From a virus: DNA of 64,000 nt. Under the pieces are notes generated by a model, which searched no databases, was not told the DNA's origin, and saw nothing but the letters and a program-made list of their open reading frames with translations. Below, piece by piece: positions 31,028 to 40,119 of this stretch. A program made the position numbers and the translations under genes. The stretch lies in the IMG/VR virus record IMGVR_UViG_3300010399_000002, positions 50,733 to 114,732 of that record; one strand, given 5' to 3'. The stretch's first letter is position 1. Every line of letters begins with the position of its first letter.

Positions 31028-31471
31028 TTACTTTACTGCATTACGCAATATAGAACCCAACCTCCTGGCCTCAGAAACTGTACCTGGCAACTTTCCTTCC
31101 GACACTGTACCGCCGTGCTTGTCTTTCAGTTCCCAAAAATTCTCTTCACGACCTGGTCCTGTGGATAAGCGTAACTTATGACCGGAGCTGTGCTCAAAGT
31201 TTGCTATTGACTGCGTAGCTGTACCAGAACCTTGTTCTTGAGTTGCCTTATGCCTAAAACCTGCATCTTTCGCTTCCCTACGAACTTCCATTGCACGACC
31301 ACGATGACCTCCAGCTATTTCACCGCCAATTTTCCCTGCACCACTACCTCCTCGTACTCCAAAACTTGCTCCACCTCCGCCACCAGATGAAAACTGACCT
31401 TGAGTGTCGTGATGGGGATTGAACTTGGCAACACGCTGTTGGAGGCTTTTGATGCGTTCTGATGTAGTCAT
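31028..31471 (-). CDS. FNPHHD..GQF-leader protein with unknown C-terminal domain
   Basis: RVAKFNPHHDTQGQFSSGGGGG. Confidence 0.75.
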   Translation of the reverse strand: MTTSERIKSLQQRVAKFNPHHDTQGQFSSGGGGGASFGVRGGSGAGKIGGEIAGGHRGRAMEVRREAKDAGFRHKATQEQGSGTATQSIANFEHSSGHKLRLSTGPGREENFWELKDKHGGTVSEGKLPGTVSEARRLGSILRNAVK

Positions 31472-32253
31472 AGGCCCTCCTGATCTCGGTCTGGAACGTT
31501 TCGATATGCACTACCGATGGTTGGATCTTTTACGCCACCTGGCGTTCCTATCTGTTCGAACAGTTGCGGATACAAATCCTGGTCTTGCGGCTGGTCTCTT
31601 CCGTACTGGCACGCTTCTCGATACAATCTGTACCCATACCGATGTGCAAGATTCGTCAAGATGGCTTGCTCGCACCGATGCTCGTGCAACTCGGGATGCT
31701 CTGGAAGTATGAGACTCGGATCAAAAGTAGTAGCTGATGGATTGACGCAGTACGTCAACCACTCCATGAGAAATTGCTGCGGCTTCCATCGACCTTTTTG
31801 GAACACAAAGAATCTGGCGACAGCGTGCTGGACATCTCGATACCGCGGCTCGTCTTGACCCATCACGATAAAGCAATCACGCTTGCACCAGCAATTATTC
31901 CAACAGCCTACGGCATTAAACAACATGATGCCGTCTTTTTTGACTTCTTCAAACAGCACAGAGAAGTCTGCGATAGGATGCGTGTCTCCATCGGTAAACA
32001 GAATGATGTCTCCGTCTTGCACACGTGACAGAGCGTCCATCATCACATACGGCTTCCAAGCGAACCAACCTACACCGCGGGACGCATGGTGATCCCACAA
32101 CCAAGTATTGTGTCTGCGGAACTCCGTCTTACTGAGCCACAAGTCGTCGTAGACCCAAACCTCATCGGCACCCAACTTCGGAGCGTCACGAACGGTTTGA
32201 CCTATAACCTCGTTATATGACGACCCGCCGAACGTGATGTAGATTTTTCTCAT
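31468..32253 (-). CDS. Putative glycosyltransferase (GT-A)
   Basis: GWFAWKPY, LFTDGD, WCKRD, EHRCEQAILT. Confidence 0.7.
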   Translation of the reverse strand: MRKIYITFGGSSYNEVIGQTVRDAPKLGADEVWVYDDLWLSKTEFRRHNTWLWDHHASRGVGWFAWKPYVMMDALSRVQDGDIILFTDGDTHPIADFSVLFEEVKKDGIMLFNAVGCWNNCWCKRDCFIVMGQDEPRYRDVQHAVARFFVFQKGRWKPQQFLMEWLTYCVNPSATTFDPSLILPEHPELHEHRCEQAILTNLAHRYGYRLYREACQYGRDQPQDQDLYPQLFEQIGTPGGVKDPTIGSAYRNVPDRDQEGL

Positions 32254-32256
32254 GTA

Positions 32257-32565
32257 CTAAGCTGTTGTGCGCTGCAAGTCGGAAGACTGATAATTGCCCG
32301 AAGTACCGTCTTTGAATCTGACTATATGGAACTCACCGGATGGAGCTGAAGTAACAATCTTGCCGTGTTTACCTTTACCTTTAACTGGACCTTTAACCTT
32401 AACCGAATCCCCTTCGGTCAACTTACTCCCGAACATGCGAGCGCTGCCTCCACCACCGCCACTAGAACTAAACTGTCCCTGCGCATCATGATGGGGATTG
32501 AACTTGGTTAGCAGAGACTCAACTCGATCGTTGAGCTGTACAATACGCTCACTTGTCATTTGCAC
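32257..32565 (-). CDS. FNPHHD..GQF-leader protein with SH3/KOW-like domain
   Basis: LTKFNPHHDAQGQFSSSGGGG then GDSVKV.G...GKHGKIV...HIVRFKDG. Confidence 0.75.
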   Translation of the reverse strand: MQMTSERIVQLNDRVESLLTKFNPHHDAQGQFSSSGGGGGSARMFGSKLTEGDSVKVKGPVKGKGKHGKIVTSAPSGEFHIVRFKDGTSGNYQSSDLQRTTA

Positions 32566-33305
32566 ACTCCAAAGTCAAAATTCATACTCGCACGTCTAGC
32601 AGCAAATGCCTCTTTGTGCGCTGGATCTGATACATGGTCTGGGGGCTGGAAATCGCCTCGCCAACAGACCGCTACCATTTGTGGTGTATCGTAAATACGA
32701 CAGTGCATCCCACCTGTACCGTGGTCTTGCAAAAGATACTTGACCGCCTCTAACACCGGACCGCCGAAGTCGTGAAACGCAATCACACCACGTGGTCTCA
32801 ATCTCGATAACGCGAACTGGGCATCCAACTGTGGTACCGGAGAATCGTGGTCACCGTCAATAAAAACCCCGTCGAAGAAATCCTGATCCCCGATAACGGA
32901 ATACTGATCTGATCGAAGAGCGACAGGGTGAAGTATAGCAGTGTCTGCCTTAGCATTGGGGGCATCGTACTGACGCACGTTATCCATGTTCTCCAACCAC
33001 CGCTCAAAGAACGCACGCTCTCTCAATCTTGGCTCAAGCATCAATACACTACGCACACCGGTCAGGTGGGCGATGTGCGCACCGCTCCAACCAGTTTGAC
33101 TTCCGATCTCGAGCCAGTCGCCTTTAATCCTGTGAGCGATCTCCCAAAGTATAGCAGCCTCGTCGGCACTGATCCAACCGGGCACTGGTGGAAAGTCCGG
33201 ATCACAGAGGATCTCATGATCGTAGCCTACTACGATTGGTTGTGCATGTACGAAACAGGACCTAAGATCTGGTCCGTGGATAAGATTAGAACGATAGTTA
33301 TACAT
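32556..33305 (-). CDS. Class I SAM-dependent methyltransferase (Methyltransf_24-like)
   Basis: LEIGSQTGWS, FIDGDHD, L.PRGVIAFHD. Confidence 0.85.
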   Translation of the reverse strand: MYNYRSNLIHGPDLRSCFVHAQPIVVGYDHEILCDPDFPPVPGWISADEAAILWEIAHRIKGDWLEIGSQTGWSGAHIAHLTGVRSVLMLEPRLRERAFFERWLENMDNVRQYDAPNAKADTAILHPVALRSDQYSVIGDQDFFDGVFIDGDHDSPVPQLDAQFALSRLRPRGVIAFHDFGGPVLEAVKYLLQDHGTGGMHCRIYDTPQMVAVCWRGDFQPPDHVSDPAHKEAFAARRASMNFDFGVCK

Positions 33306-33308
33306 GTC

Positions 33309-33926
33309 TCACTCGGCAAACCAACAATCATTACACGGCAGCGGTACTGTTGGAAGTATGGTCTTCCAATCGATCTGTGGCTCTAACGGTGTAGCAGTTG
33401 GAATCCCCGGGCCTACGCAACAGCCGAAGAACTTCCCGTCGGCATAGGCGCACCCGTCAGAAATGAAACACGCTCTCGAACACGGCTTACCTTCTGCCCG
33501 ACGGATACGCGGTACAAAATTTGCTCCGTTTGGTCCGGCATTGTACATACCGACCTTCACGCCTCGACCTAACAGTGCGTTCAACGCCTGGTGGTTATCG
33601 CCGTAGTCACTAAAGTCTACCCAGGTAAAATGTTCGACAATGGTATCCAAATGCGCTATCACCCGATAACCGTTCGTGTTCATGGTCAGCGTCGTACAAC
33701 CGAACAACTCTCTGAACCTCGGTACGAACTCAGCGAACTTCGGATGTGCTGTTGGTTCTCCACCTGTTAAATTGATGCGTTCGATGCCTTGCAACCATTT
33801 GGCAGCAGTCTCAAAGTACGACCAATCATGGTGGCCTAGCACTCGATTGATGCCTACACCCGCGCAGCAATCGGGACAACGCTTGTTACAATGCGTCGTC
33901 AGATCGAGATTGACTGTATGGATCAC
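33309..33926 (-). CDS. Radical SAM protein
   Basis: CNKRCPDC (CxxxCxxC), LTGGEPT, TNG, C-terminal Cys cluster. Confidence 0.9.
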   Translation of the reverse strand: MIHTVNLDLTTHCNKRCPDCCAGVGINRVLGHHDWSYFETAAKWLQGIERINLTGGEPTAHPKFAEFVPRFRELFGCTTLTMNTNGYRVIAHLDTIVEHFTWVDFSDYGDNHQALNALLGRGVKVGMYNAGPNGANFVPRIRRAEGKPCSRACFISDGCAYADGKFFGCCVGPGIPTATPLEPQIDWKTILPTVPLPCNDCWFAE

Positions 33927-34507
33927 GGCATGGCCAGAATCAGATTGTTACCGTCGTAGTACGGACAGATGTAACCTAACCCGGTAGCAATCTGTAAGAT
34001 CTCACCTTCATGGTGATCGTGCTCAACGCATATGCACTTCGGTCTCATAGCTGCCAACGGAAAGCGCTTGAACAATTCAGTTGACGTGCCCTCTGTATCA
34101 ATACTGATGAAATCGAAACCGCCGAACTGATTGAGAATCTGCTCGACAGTAATCTGCGGTACCCAGAACCGACCGGTAAAGTCTGCATGAGCTTTCCACT
34201 TCTCGTAGTTCTCGTCCTGAGTAGTAGATATGGCATCGGGACTGTTATAGAACTGGATTAGACTCTGATCTAAACCCACGGCTGCCATGATCAGCGACAA
34301 CTTATCGTTGCCTCGATGTCTATCCGACAGTGCCATGAACGCATTGGGAGACGGTTCGATGAGAACTCCACCCCAACCTCGCTCGACCAATGCTAATGTA
34401 TTGGAAAAGGTCTTACCATCGAACGCTCCGATATCGAGAAACCTCCCGACATGGTCTCCGAAAATTTCCAGGATAACCTTCTCTTCACCTTTTTGGGAAT
34501 ATGGCAT
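33923..34507 (-). CDS. FkbM-family methyltransferase
   Basis: YSQ.GE, FLDIGAFDG.TFSNT, GVLIEP, SIDTEG, ICVEH. Confidence 0.9.
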   Translation of the reverse strand: MPYSQKGEEKVILEIFGDHVGRFLDIGAFDGKTFSNTLALVERGWGGVLIEPSPNAFMALSDRHRGNDKLSLIMAAVGLDQSLIQFYNSPDAISTTQDENYEKWKAHADFTGRFWVPQITVEQILNQFGGFDFISIDTEGTSTELFKRFPLAAMRPKCICVEHDHHEGEILQIATGLGYICPYYDGNNLILAMP

Positions 34508-34511
34508 TTTC

Positions 34512-35186
34512 TTATGCACTGTAGTTACTGTTCCGTAACAGCAGATTATAGTCAAACTCCTTTACGATCTCCCAACCTGGAAGCATAGCCAACAACTCCG
34601 CACGGTTGGCCTGTCCTTCGTACATCTCATGGTCGTCGGCTTCGATGAACAAGTAACGCGTTCTGCTTAGAGCCTCTCGGCCACCTTCAATCACATCTCG
34701 TTCGGCACCTTGCACATCCACCCAAAGCAACTCTACCTTTTCGAGTTTCTCGGTCTCATACAGATTGTCCAACGTAACGCATTGCACCTCAACGGTCTTC
34801 GGAAACGTACACCAGGGAAAGAACTCGAGATGCTTCTTCGGCTTCCGAATTGAACTGCTAGCTGTTCCATAACCGATCTCGTTCTCACACAGGTGTAATT
34901 CAATTGTACCTGAATGAGCTGCAACAGCAGCCTCGTAGAAGTTTGTAATACCGTTGAAACCGTTCTCGCGAATATAATCGGCGTTACGCGGATCGGGCTC
35001 TAGAGCGATGTATCTTCTGGCGTGAGGACTCATCCAAGCTGCGTCTTCGGCATGGAAGGTTCCTAACTCCACAACAGTTGGCTTGTCTGCGGCCTTCAGA
35101 ATCTCAATGATAGCTTGCTGTATGTCGGACACCAGCTGCTGCTCGAGAGTAACCTCTGCAACTTGATCTACAATTTCCTCTTGCAC
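34512..35186 (-). CDS. FkbM-family methyltransferase
   Basis: VELG, LEPDPRN, LWVDVQGAE..VIEG, YEGQ. Confidence 0.88.
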   Translation of the reverse strand: MQEEIVDQVAEVTLEQQLVSDIQQAIIEILKAADKPTVVELGTFHAEDAAWMSPHARRYIALEPDPRNADYIRENGFNGITNFYEAAVAAHSGTIELHLCENEIGYGTASSSIRKPKKHLEFFPWCTFPKTVEVQCVTLDNLYETEKLEKVELLWVDVQGAERDVIEGGREALSRTRYLFIEADDHEMYEGQANRAELLAMLPGWEIVKEFDYNLLLRNSNYSA

Positions 35187-35214
35187 CGTTTCACCTATGT
35201 GTTATGATTCGATT

Positions 35215-35748
35215 ATGATCTACAAAAAAGTGAGACCTAAATTCGACTTGACCGGGCAACGCTTTGGACGTTTAGTTGCTCTTGGAGCTGTTGGACGGAG
35301 ACCTAACGGGATCGTTTGGAAATGTAAATGTGATTGTGGCAAAACAACTTCTGTTCCGGCCTGCAATCTTAGGTGTGGCGGAACTAGAAGTTGTGGATGC
35401 TTGAAACACGAACTGCTAGTCTCTGCAAATCCTAATAGGTCTCACGGCCTCAAATGGGAAATTGCCTCTAACAAACGACTGCGACAAGTATACCACGCAT
35501 GGGTTAGTATGAAACAACGTTGTCACAATCCAAAAAATGCAAACTACAAACAGTACGGCGCACGAGGCATTTACGTCTGTAAAAAGTGGCGACATGACTT
35601 CGTTGCGTTTCTAAAAGATATAGGACTCCCGCCCAAACGCAAATTGACTATCGACCGTTTAGACAACGATGGTCCTTATGAACCTGGCAACTGTTCTTGG
35701 GCTACACCGTTTGCTCAAGGTCAAAACCGGCGGACAAAACAGACTTAA
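35215..35748 (+). CDS. HNH homing endonuclease, inserted antisense to the operon
   Basis: DLTGQRFGRL, CKCDCG, SCGC, W.SMKQRC.N...YGARGI.VC..W, TIDRLDNDG.YEPGNC.WAT; TATGAT 6 nt before the ATG. Confidence 0.88.
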   Translation: MIYKKVRPKFDLTGQRFGRLVALGAVGRRPNGIVWKCKCDCGKTTSVPACNLRCGGTRSCGCLKHELLVSANPNRSHGLKWEIASNKRLRQVYHAWVSMKQRCHNPKNANYKQYGARGIYVCKKWRHDFVAFLKDIGLPPKRKLTIDRLDNDGPYEPGNCSWATPFAQGQNRRTKQT

Positions 35749-36424
35749 GTAATGGCTCATGCCCTGGAAATCCTGCTGCTGCGCGTTGTTCGAATAGTGC
35801 TCTAGCTGACGACCAATCCAATCTAGCCTCACTCAAATGAGGAGGCCTCTTCCCACCTTCGCGCATCCAATGATGGTGATATTGGCAAATATCCTTAGCG
35901 TGTCTTAGCACTCCGAGCTTCAACGCAACCTCATGAAGTTCTTGATCGACAAAAAAATGCAACCAACCTGGCCACAGAGGACCTTGGCCTCCATACATAC
36001 GCTCGCAGAACTCACGACCGATCCATGGTGAAGAACACACCCGCTCTTCGGATGACTTGCCGTTCTCAATCATCCAACGATCACCTGTCGGTTGCATGAC
36101 CCCGAATGTACCGTTGAAGTTCTTGAAGAACTTCGCCTCCAACTCTTTTGGATCACGCCTTGGATCTGGATCGATGTCGTCCCCGCCTGTTACGATGATA
36201 CTTATGGATGGATCTTTGAGAACGATCTTACACAACCAATTGACTGACTCGGCGTAACCTGTATATGGACGATACAGAACGAGATCTGCATCTACCTCCG
36301 GTTCTCCAACCTTTTCGGGATCTCGATGGACTGCTACACCGTAGCCTAGTTCTCGCCATTTGTGCAAACACACATTAGCTTCGGCAACTGGTCTAGCTGA
36401 AGGTATGCAATACCAAACACTCAC
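35702..36424 (-). CDS. Putative glycosyltransferase (GT2-like)
   Basis: CIPSAR, GGDDIDP, HFFVDQEL, QYHHHW. Confidence 0.7.
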   Translation of the reverse strand: MSVWYCIPSARPVAEANVCLHKWRELGYGVAVHRDPEKVGEPEVDADLVLYRPYTGYAESVNWLCKIVLKDPSISIIVTGGDDIDPDPRRDPKELEAKFFKNFNGTFGVMQPTGDRWMIENGKSSEERVCSSPWIGREFCERMYGGQGPLWPGWLHFFVDQELHEVALKLGVLRHAKDICQYHHHWMREGGKRPPHLSEARLDWSSARALFEQRAAAGFPGHEPLLKSVLSAGFDLEQTV

Positions 36425-37047
36425 AACGCCTCCCTAAGCACACTCGTTAGTGATTTGTACGGCCACAACTTAAGAGCTGATTCCTTCGAAGTGTTTATAA
36501 CCTCGACTCCGGCTTCTTTCAACGGCGCAACAGCGTTCTGAAAAAGTGGGAGCATGGTGTGCTCAAACACATTGGCATATCCAGCCTGCGTCTGTCTCAC
36601 GTGCTGGTGCCCGGGGTGCCAATGTGTTCTGCCGTCGACCACTCGCATGTCTACACCTAACAGCACGATGCGCTTGACACCGAAATGAAACGCTACCTGC
36701 ATGGACTGGTACGTTCCGTTGGCTCCGGTATACAATGCACCTGGATCGTTGCTCCAGCCGATCTGTCCGGCGTTTCTCAAACGCTTAACTGCACCATCGA
36801 CCTCCACCGTTGTTACGATGTATCGTCCTTCGAATGACTCCATCACTCGCTGTTTATGGTACATGTACCATTTGGAATCTGCGAAATACAACACATCGGC
36901 GTGTGGAAAGATCTGATAACTGTTGTTGATGGCAATGACTCGACGACCAAATAGTGGACGAAGATCTTCTCGAGCTAATGAAGGACCTCCACCTAGTATG
37001 AATGCTGTCTCACCGGACCACTCTGGCGGAACCACCCAATAGGACAT
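36421..37047 (-). CDS. Maf/DUF115-like (sialyltransferase-fold) putative glycosyltransferase
   Basis: ILGGGPSL, IAINNS, YFAD, G.KRIVLLGVDM, HWH, EVINTS..SAL. Confidence 0.75.
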   Translation of the reverse strand: MSYWVVPPEWSGETAFILGGGPSLAREDLRPLFGRRVIAINNSYQIFPHADVLYFADSKWYMYHKQRVMESFEGRYIVTTVEVDGAVKRLRNAGQIGWSNDPGALYTGANGTYQSMQVAFHFGVKRIVLLGVDMRVVDGRTHWHPGHQHVRQTQAGYANVFEHTMLPLFQNAVAPLKEAGVEVINTSKESALKLWPYKSLTSVLREAL

Positions 37048-37680
37048 TTAGACTAAAACAATCTCTTCCTTGACCAGTGCTTCTTTCAAATTACAACTCG
37101 GCCAAAAAGTAAGTGCTGAACCTTCTGTGGCGTTTATTACCTCTACGCCTCGATCACGTAACGGCCCTACCAGACTTTTGAACTTCGGCAGGAAAGTACT
37201 CGACAAAACAGCTTGATATGACTTGGCTGGTTTTCCGTGTCCTTCATGCCAATGAGTAGATTGTCCTGAAACACGCATGTCGTAGCCTAACAAAATAATT
37301 CGCTTGGCTCCGAAGTGCGCTGCAAGATGAATAGCCTGATAGCCGCTGTTGGAACCCGTTCGCAATGCTCCTGGATCTGGATCGAAGCCTGGAACACCTG
37401 TGATGCGAAGTTGCTTGACGAACTCCGGCACTCGACGAGCTACTGTAACGATGTACCTACCTCGAAAAGTCTCCGTTATGTCTCCGCACTTCTTTCGCCA
37501 CCATGACTCGTCTGCAAAGTACAACACATCGGCGTATGGACACAAACGGTAACTGTCGTTTATCACTATCACACGACAACCCTGCAAGCAACTCGCATCG
37601 AAACCGCGTAGCGATGGTCCACCTGCTAGAATCACACAGGTCTCACCGAACCATTCTGGAGGCACAACCCAATAGGACAT
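37048..37680 (-). CDS. Maf/DUF115-like putative glycosyltransferase, tandem paralog
   Basis: Same MSYWVVPPEW start; GGPSL, NSGYQAIHLAAHFGAKRIILLGYDM, VINAT..SAL. Confidence 0.75.
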   Translation of the reverse strand: MSYWVVPPEWFGETCVILAGGPSLRGFDASCLQGCRVIVINDSYRLCPYADVLYFADESWWRKKCGDITETFRGRYIVTVARRVPEFVKQLRITGVPGFDPDPGALRTGSNSGYQAIHLAAHFGAKRIILLGYDMRVSGQSTHWHEGHGKPAKSYQAVLSSTFLPKFKSLVGPLRDRGVEVINATEGSALTFWPSCNLKEALVKEEIVLV

Positions 37681-38075
37681 TATCTTCGCATCATGACTCG
37701 GAACTCACAAGTCAGATTCGGCCGCTGCTTAACATCATACCAACCGATGGGTGCATCGTTAGTTGCCATCGTGTAGATGTAAGCCCTTCCACCTAAAGTA
37801 AATGAAGCGTTGTGTAATGCTGTCCAACACTCTTGCCACTTTTCGCGTGCAATCTCGTACTCAAGTGCGCTGGCCCTGATACGCACCTGGAATTGCATCT
37901 GCGCATTGTTTGGTCCGTAAGTATCTGGAGCTGGGCCTAAGAACGGAGTCTCGTTAATTACAATTACCTGATCTGGTGTATCTGGAACTCGCGCTTTGTA
38001 CAAAAGCCAACCGGTCTCCACTAAACCTGGAATCCCCAACAGGAAGGCTTCGATGTCGTTGAGTGGCTGCCCCAT
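37680..38075 (-). CDS. Tail terminator-like protein
   Basis: PDTPDQVIVI, FQVRIR, D.KQRP....F; gene order. Confidence 0.7.
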   Translation of the reverse strand: MGQPLNDIEAFLLGIPGLVETGWLLYKARVPDTPDQVIVINETPFLGPAPDTYGPNNAQMQFQVRIRASALEYEIAREKWQECWTALHNASFTLGGRAYIYTMATNDAPIGWYDVKQRPNLTCEFRVMMRR

Positions 38076-38078
38076 AAC

Positions 38079-38474
38079 TTATTTACTGCGGTTTGCTCTG
38101 TTCACTGCTGCCACGATACGACGAGGAATGTTTGAAATAGCCTTAGCCAGCGGCTTAGACAAATACTTCGCTTGGCCAACTGGATGATGTGCGTTGAGGT
38201 TCTCGTGGACGATGATGGCGTAACTTACACTCGGACCGCCGTACGTTAGATCGACTTTGAAATTGGTAGGAGTGTTCTCTTTCACTGCGACTTGTCCTGT
38301 AGATCTCAAAGCGCCGGTATCCACTGGAACAAAGTCTTCTTTGGAACTTGCCATTACCTCTTCTGCGATTTGATACAACTCGCGACGTGCTACCTGACTT
38401 GACAGATCTGCTGCGGACATGACCTTTCGCAGAACACGATCTACATTTTTCAAACTTGCGCCGGCCTTAGCCAT
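38079..38474 (-). CDS. HK97 gp10-like tail completion protein
   Basis: VPVDTGALRS, YAIIVHE, GQAKYL. Confidence 0.8.
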   Translation of the reverse strand: MAKAGASLKNVDRVLRKVMSAADLSSQVARRELYQIAEEVMASSKEDFVPVDTGALRSTGQVAVKENTPTNFKVDLTYGGPSVSYAIIVHENLNAHHPVGQAKYLSKPLAKAISNIPRRIVAAVNRANRSK

Positions 38475-38497
38475 TGTAGCACTCGTTTGGCCCTATC

Positions 38498-38577
38498 TGG
38501 GACCTGTCGGGCACTCATCTTGGTTATTGGATGGTAGTTGGAGATGGTTTTCGTTACTGTAACCGCTGGAGAGGCTG
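38498..38577. repeat. Dispersed 80-bp multi-box element, copy 4
   Basis: TGGGACCTGTCGGGCACT-N16-TGGTAGTTG...CGCTGGAGAGGCT. Confidence 0.9.
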
Positions 38578-38910
38578 CTACGCTGCTCCTAAATACACTT
38601 TTACATGGTGGTCTCCGCTCTGATCCGTCGGACGCTCCCAGTTGACTATGATTCCTAATGATTCTCCGTTCTGACTGAACTTATCGTCGAGATCAACAAT
38701 AGTTGGCAAACCTAGAACCCAGATGACTGTACTAGCAAACGTGTCTGTACCTGGTTGACGAGCATTGGCTACGCGCACAGTCTTCTTAACTACGCGACAA
38801 CGATACGATACGATCTCATCGTAAATAGGCTTCGTGTACTGATCTCGATCCAGAACCTTCTGGTAATCGACAGTGGCAGGACACAGAACCAACCAATCAC
38901 TGGCAGCCAT
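38578..38910 (-). CDS. Head closure (stopper) protein
   Basis: D.Y.KP.Y...CRV; between adaptor and gp10-like genes. Confidence 0.7.
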   Translation of the reverse strand: MAASDWLVLCPATVDYQKVLDRDQYTKPIYDEIVSYRCRVVKKTVRVANARQPGTDTFASTVIWVLGLPTIVDLDDKFSQNGESLGIIVNWERPTDQSGDHHVKVYLGAA

Positions 38911-38913
38911 ATT

Positions 38914-39336
38914 CTACTCGCCTTGATTGTTGTGCATTCCAACAGTGAACGCGGGCTTGACCCGGTCGGTATCTGTCTCGTCAATCTCTTTATCCGACCT
39001 GCGAATGCCCCCTGCATAAGGAGTGGCTAGACCGAGCCCGCCTTTGGTGGTAGCCTGCATCCTTAGCTTGACCGCTAAATCGGTGTAAGCCTTTTGGCGC
39101 TGACTGTAACTTATACTCAAATCACCAATGGACTGATCTACTAGCCGCCCATACTTCGCTGCAAGCTGTTGGGCCCCTTGAGCCGCGGCATAGTAGACTG
39201 AACTTGAGTTCTCAGATAGCAACCAAGCTATCTCCGCATCGAGCAACTGCTTGTCCTTTGAATCTGTATCGCCCAACAGAAAACGAACAGAGTCTGTTGG
39301 ACTCGCTGCGGGATTACCGGAATAGGTCCAAGACAT
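38914..39336 (-). CDS. Head-tail adaptor protein
   Basis: MSWTYSGNP..S..D.VRFLLGDTD...LLDAEI, IGDLSISYS. Confidence 0.8.
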   Translation of the reverse strand: MSWTYSGNPAASPTDSVRFLLGDTDSKDKQLLDAEIAWLLSENSSSVYYAAAQGAQQLAAKYGRLVDQSIGDLSISYSQRQKAYTDLAVKLRMQATTKGGLGLATPYAGGIRRSDKEIDETDTDRVKPAFTVGMHNNQGE

Positions 39337-39343
39337 GATGGCC

Positions 39344-39895
39344 TCAAACTGGTCGAATAGCAAATTCTAGTATGCGTGGATCTTCCATACCGGACACAGT
39401 TACTACAAGCAGACTAACTGAATACACTTGGCTAGAAGTGCCGCCAGAAACTGTAACTGAAACTGTAACACCGAAAAAAGACTCTGTGACCTTGGTTAGT
39501 CCGGATGGAAACGTCCATGTAGCACTGACTATTGGATCGACCATCCAAAGATACGCACCGCCTGCAACGAAAGCGCCGTTACCTGCAATCGGACTGGATA
39601 GTGCTGCGTCTGCGTATAGTTCGTACGTGGTAGGACTCACGTACTTAACATATCTGAATCCGTTGGGTGACGTGTTACCCAACGACCCGGCAATGAACAC
39701 CGGAGTACCGTTTGGTAAAGACGTCGGAAAGCCCTGCTTGATTGTAACAACCACTGGACTGGCATTGGAAGCGGCTGTTATGAGAACCTTTTCTCGGCCT
39801 TGAATACGAAGGAACTCAGAATAGTCGATCGTGTACGTTTTTCTGGCCCCTGCGGCCTTTTCGATGGTCGTGATGGAATCCAACAGAATAGACAT
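39344..39895 (-). CDS. Putative fibre adaptor/virion protein with inserted beta domain
   Basis: EK......YTIDYS...I.SATW...SGGT....Y frame with an ITAASNASPVVVT insert. Confidence 0.55.
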   Translation of the reverse strand: MSILLDSITTIEKAAGARKTYTIDYSEFLRIQGREKVLITAASNASPVVVTIKQGFPTSLPNGTPVFIAGSLGNTSPNGFRYVKYVSPTTYELYADAALSSPIAGNGAFVAGGAYLWMVDPIVSATWTFPSGLTKVTESFFGVTVSVTVSGGTSSQVYSVSLLVVTVSGMEDPRILEFAIRPV

Positions 39896-39900
39896 AAGCG

Positions 39901-40119
39901 CTATGCCTTAAACTCGCGATCCTCGAATGGAACCTGTATGTTGATTGGTTCCTCTACGACAACATCAAATATACGATCCTCAAATTGGGACACTAGTACA
40001 CGATCCTCGAACGCTGCTAGCAACACCCGATCCTCAAATGGAACTTGCAGTATAGCATCGGGAACTATTATGCCCCATTCTTGAGTGTAGGCAAAAATTC
40101 TTAGTGCTGCACCCGGCAT
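39901..40119 (-). CDS. Small protein with four FEDR repeats
   Basis: VPFEDR/AAFEDR/SQFEDR/VPFEDR; 27-bp DNA period for three of them. Confidence 0.55.
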   Translation of the reverse strand: MPGAALRIFAYTQEWGIIVPDAILQVPFEDRVLLAAFEDRVLVSQFEDRIFDVVVEEPINIQVPFEDREFKA

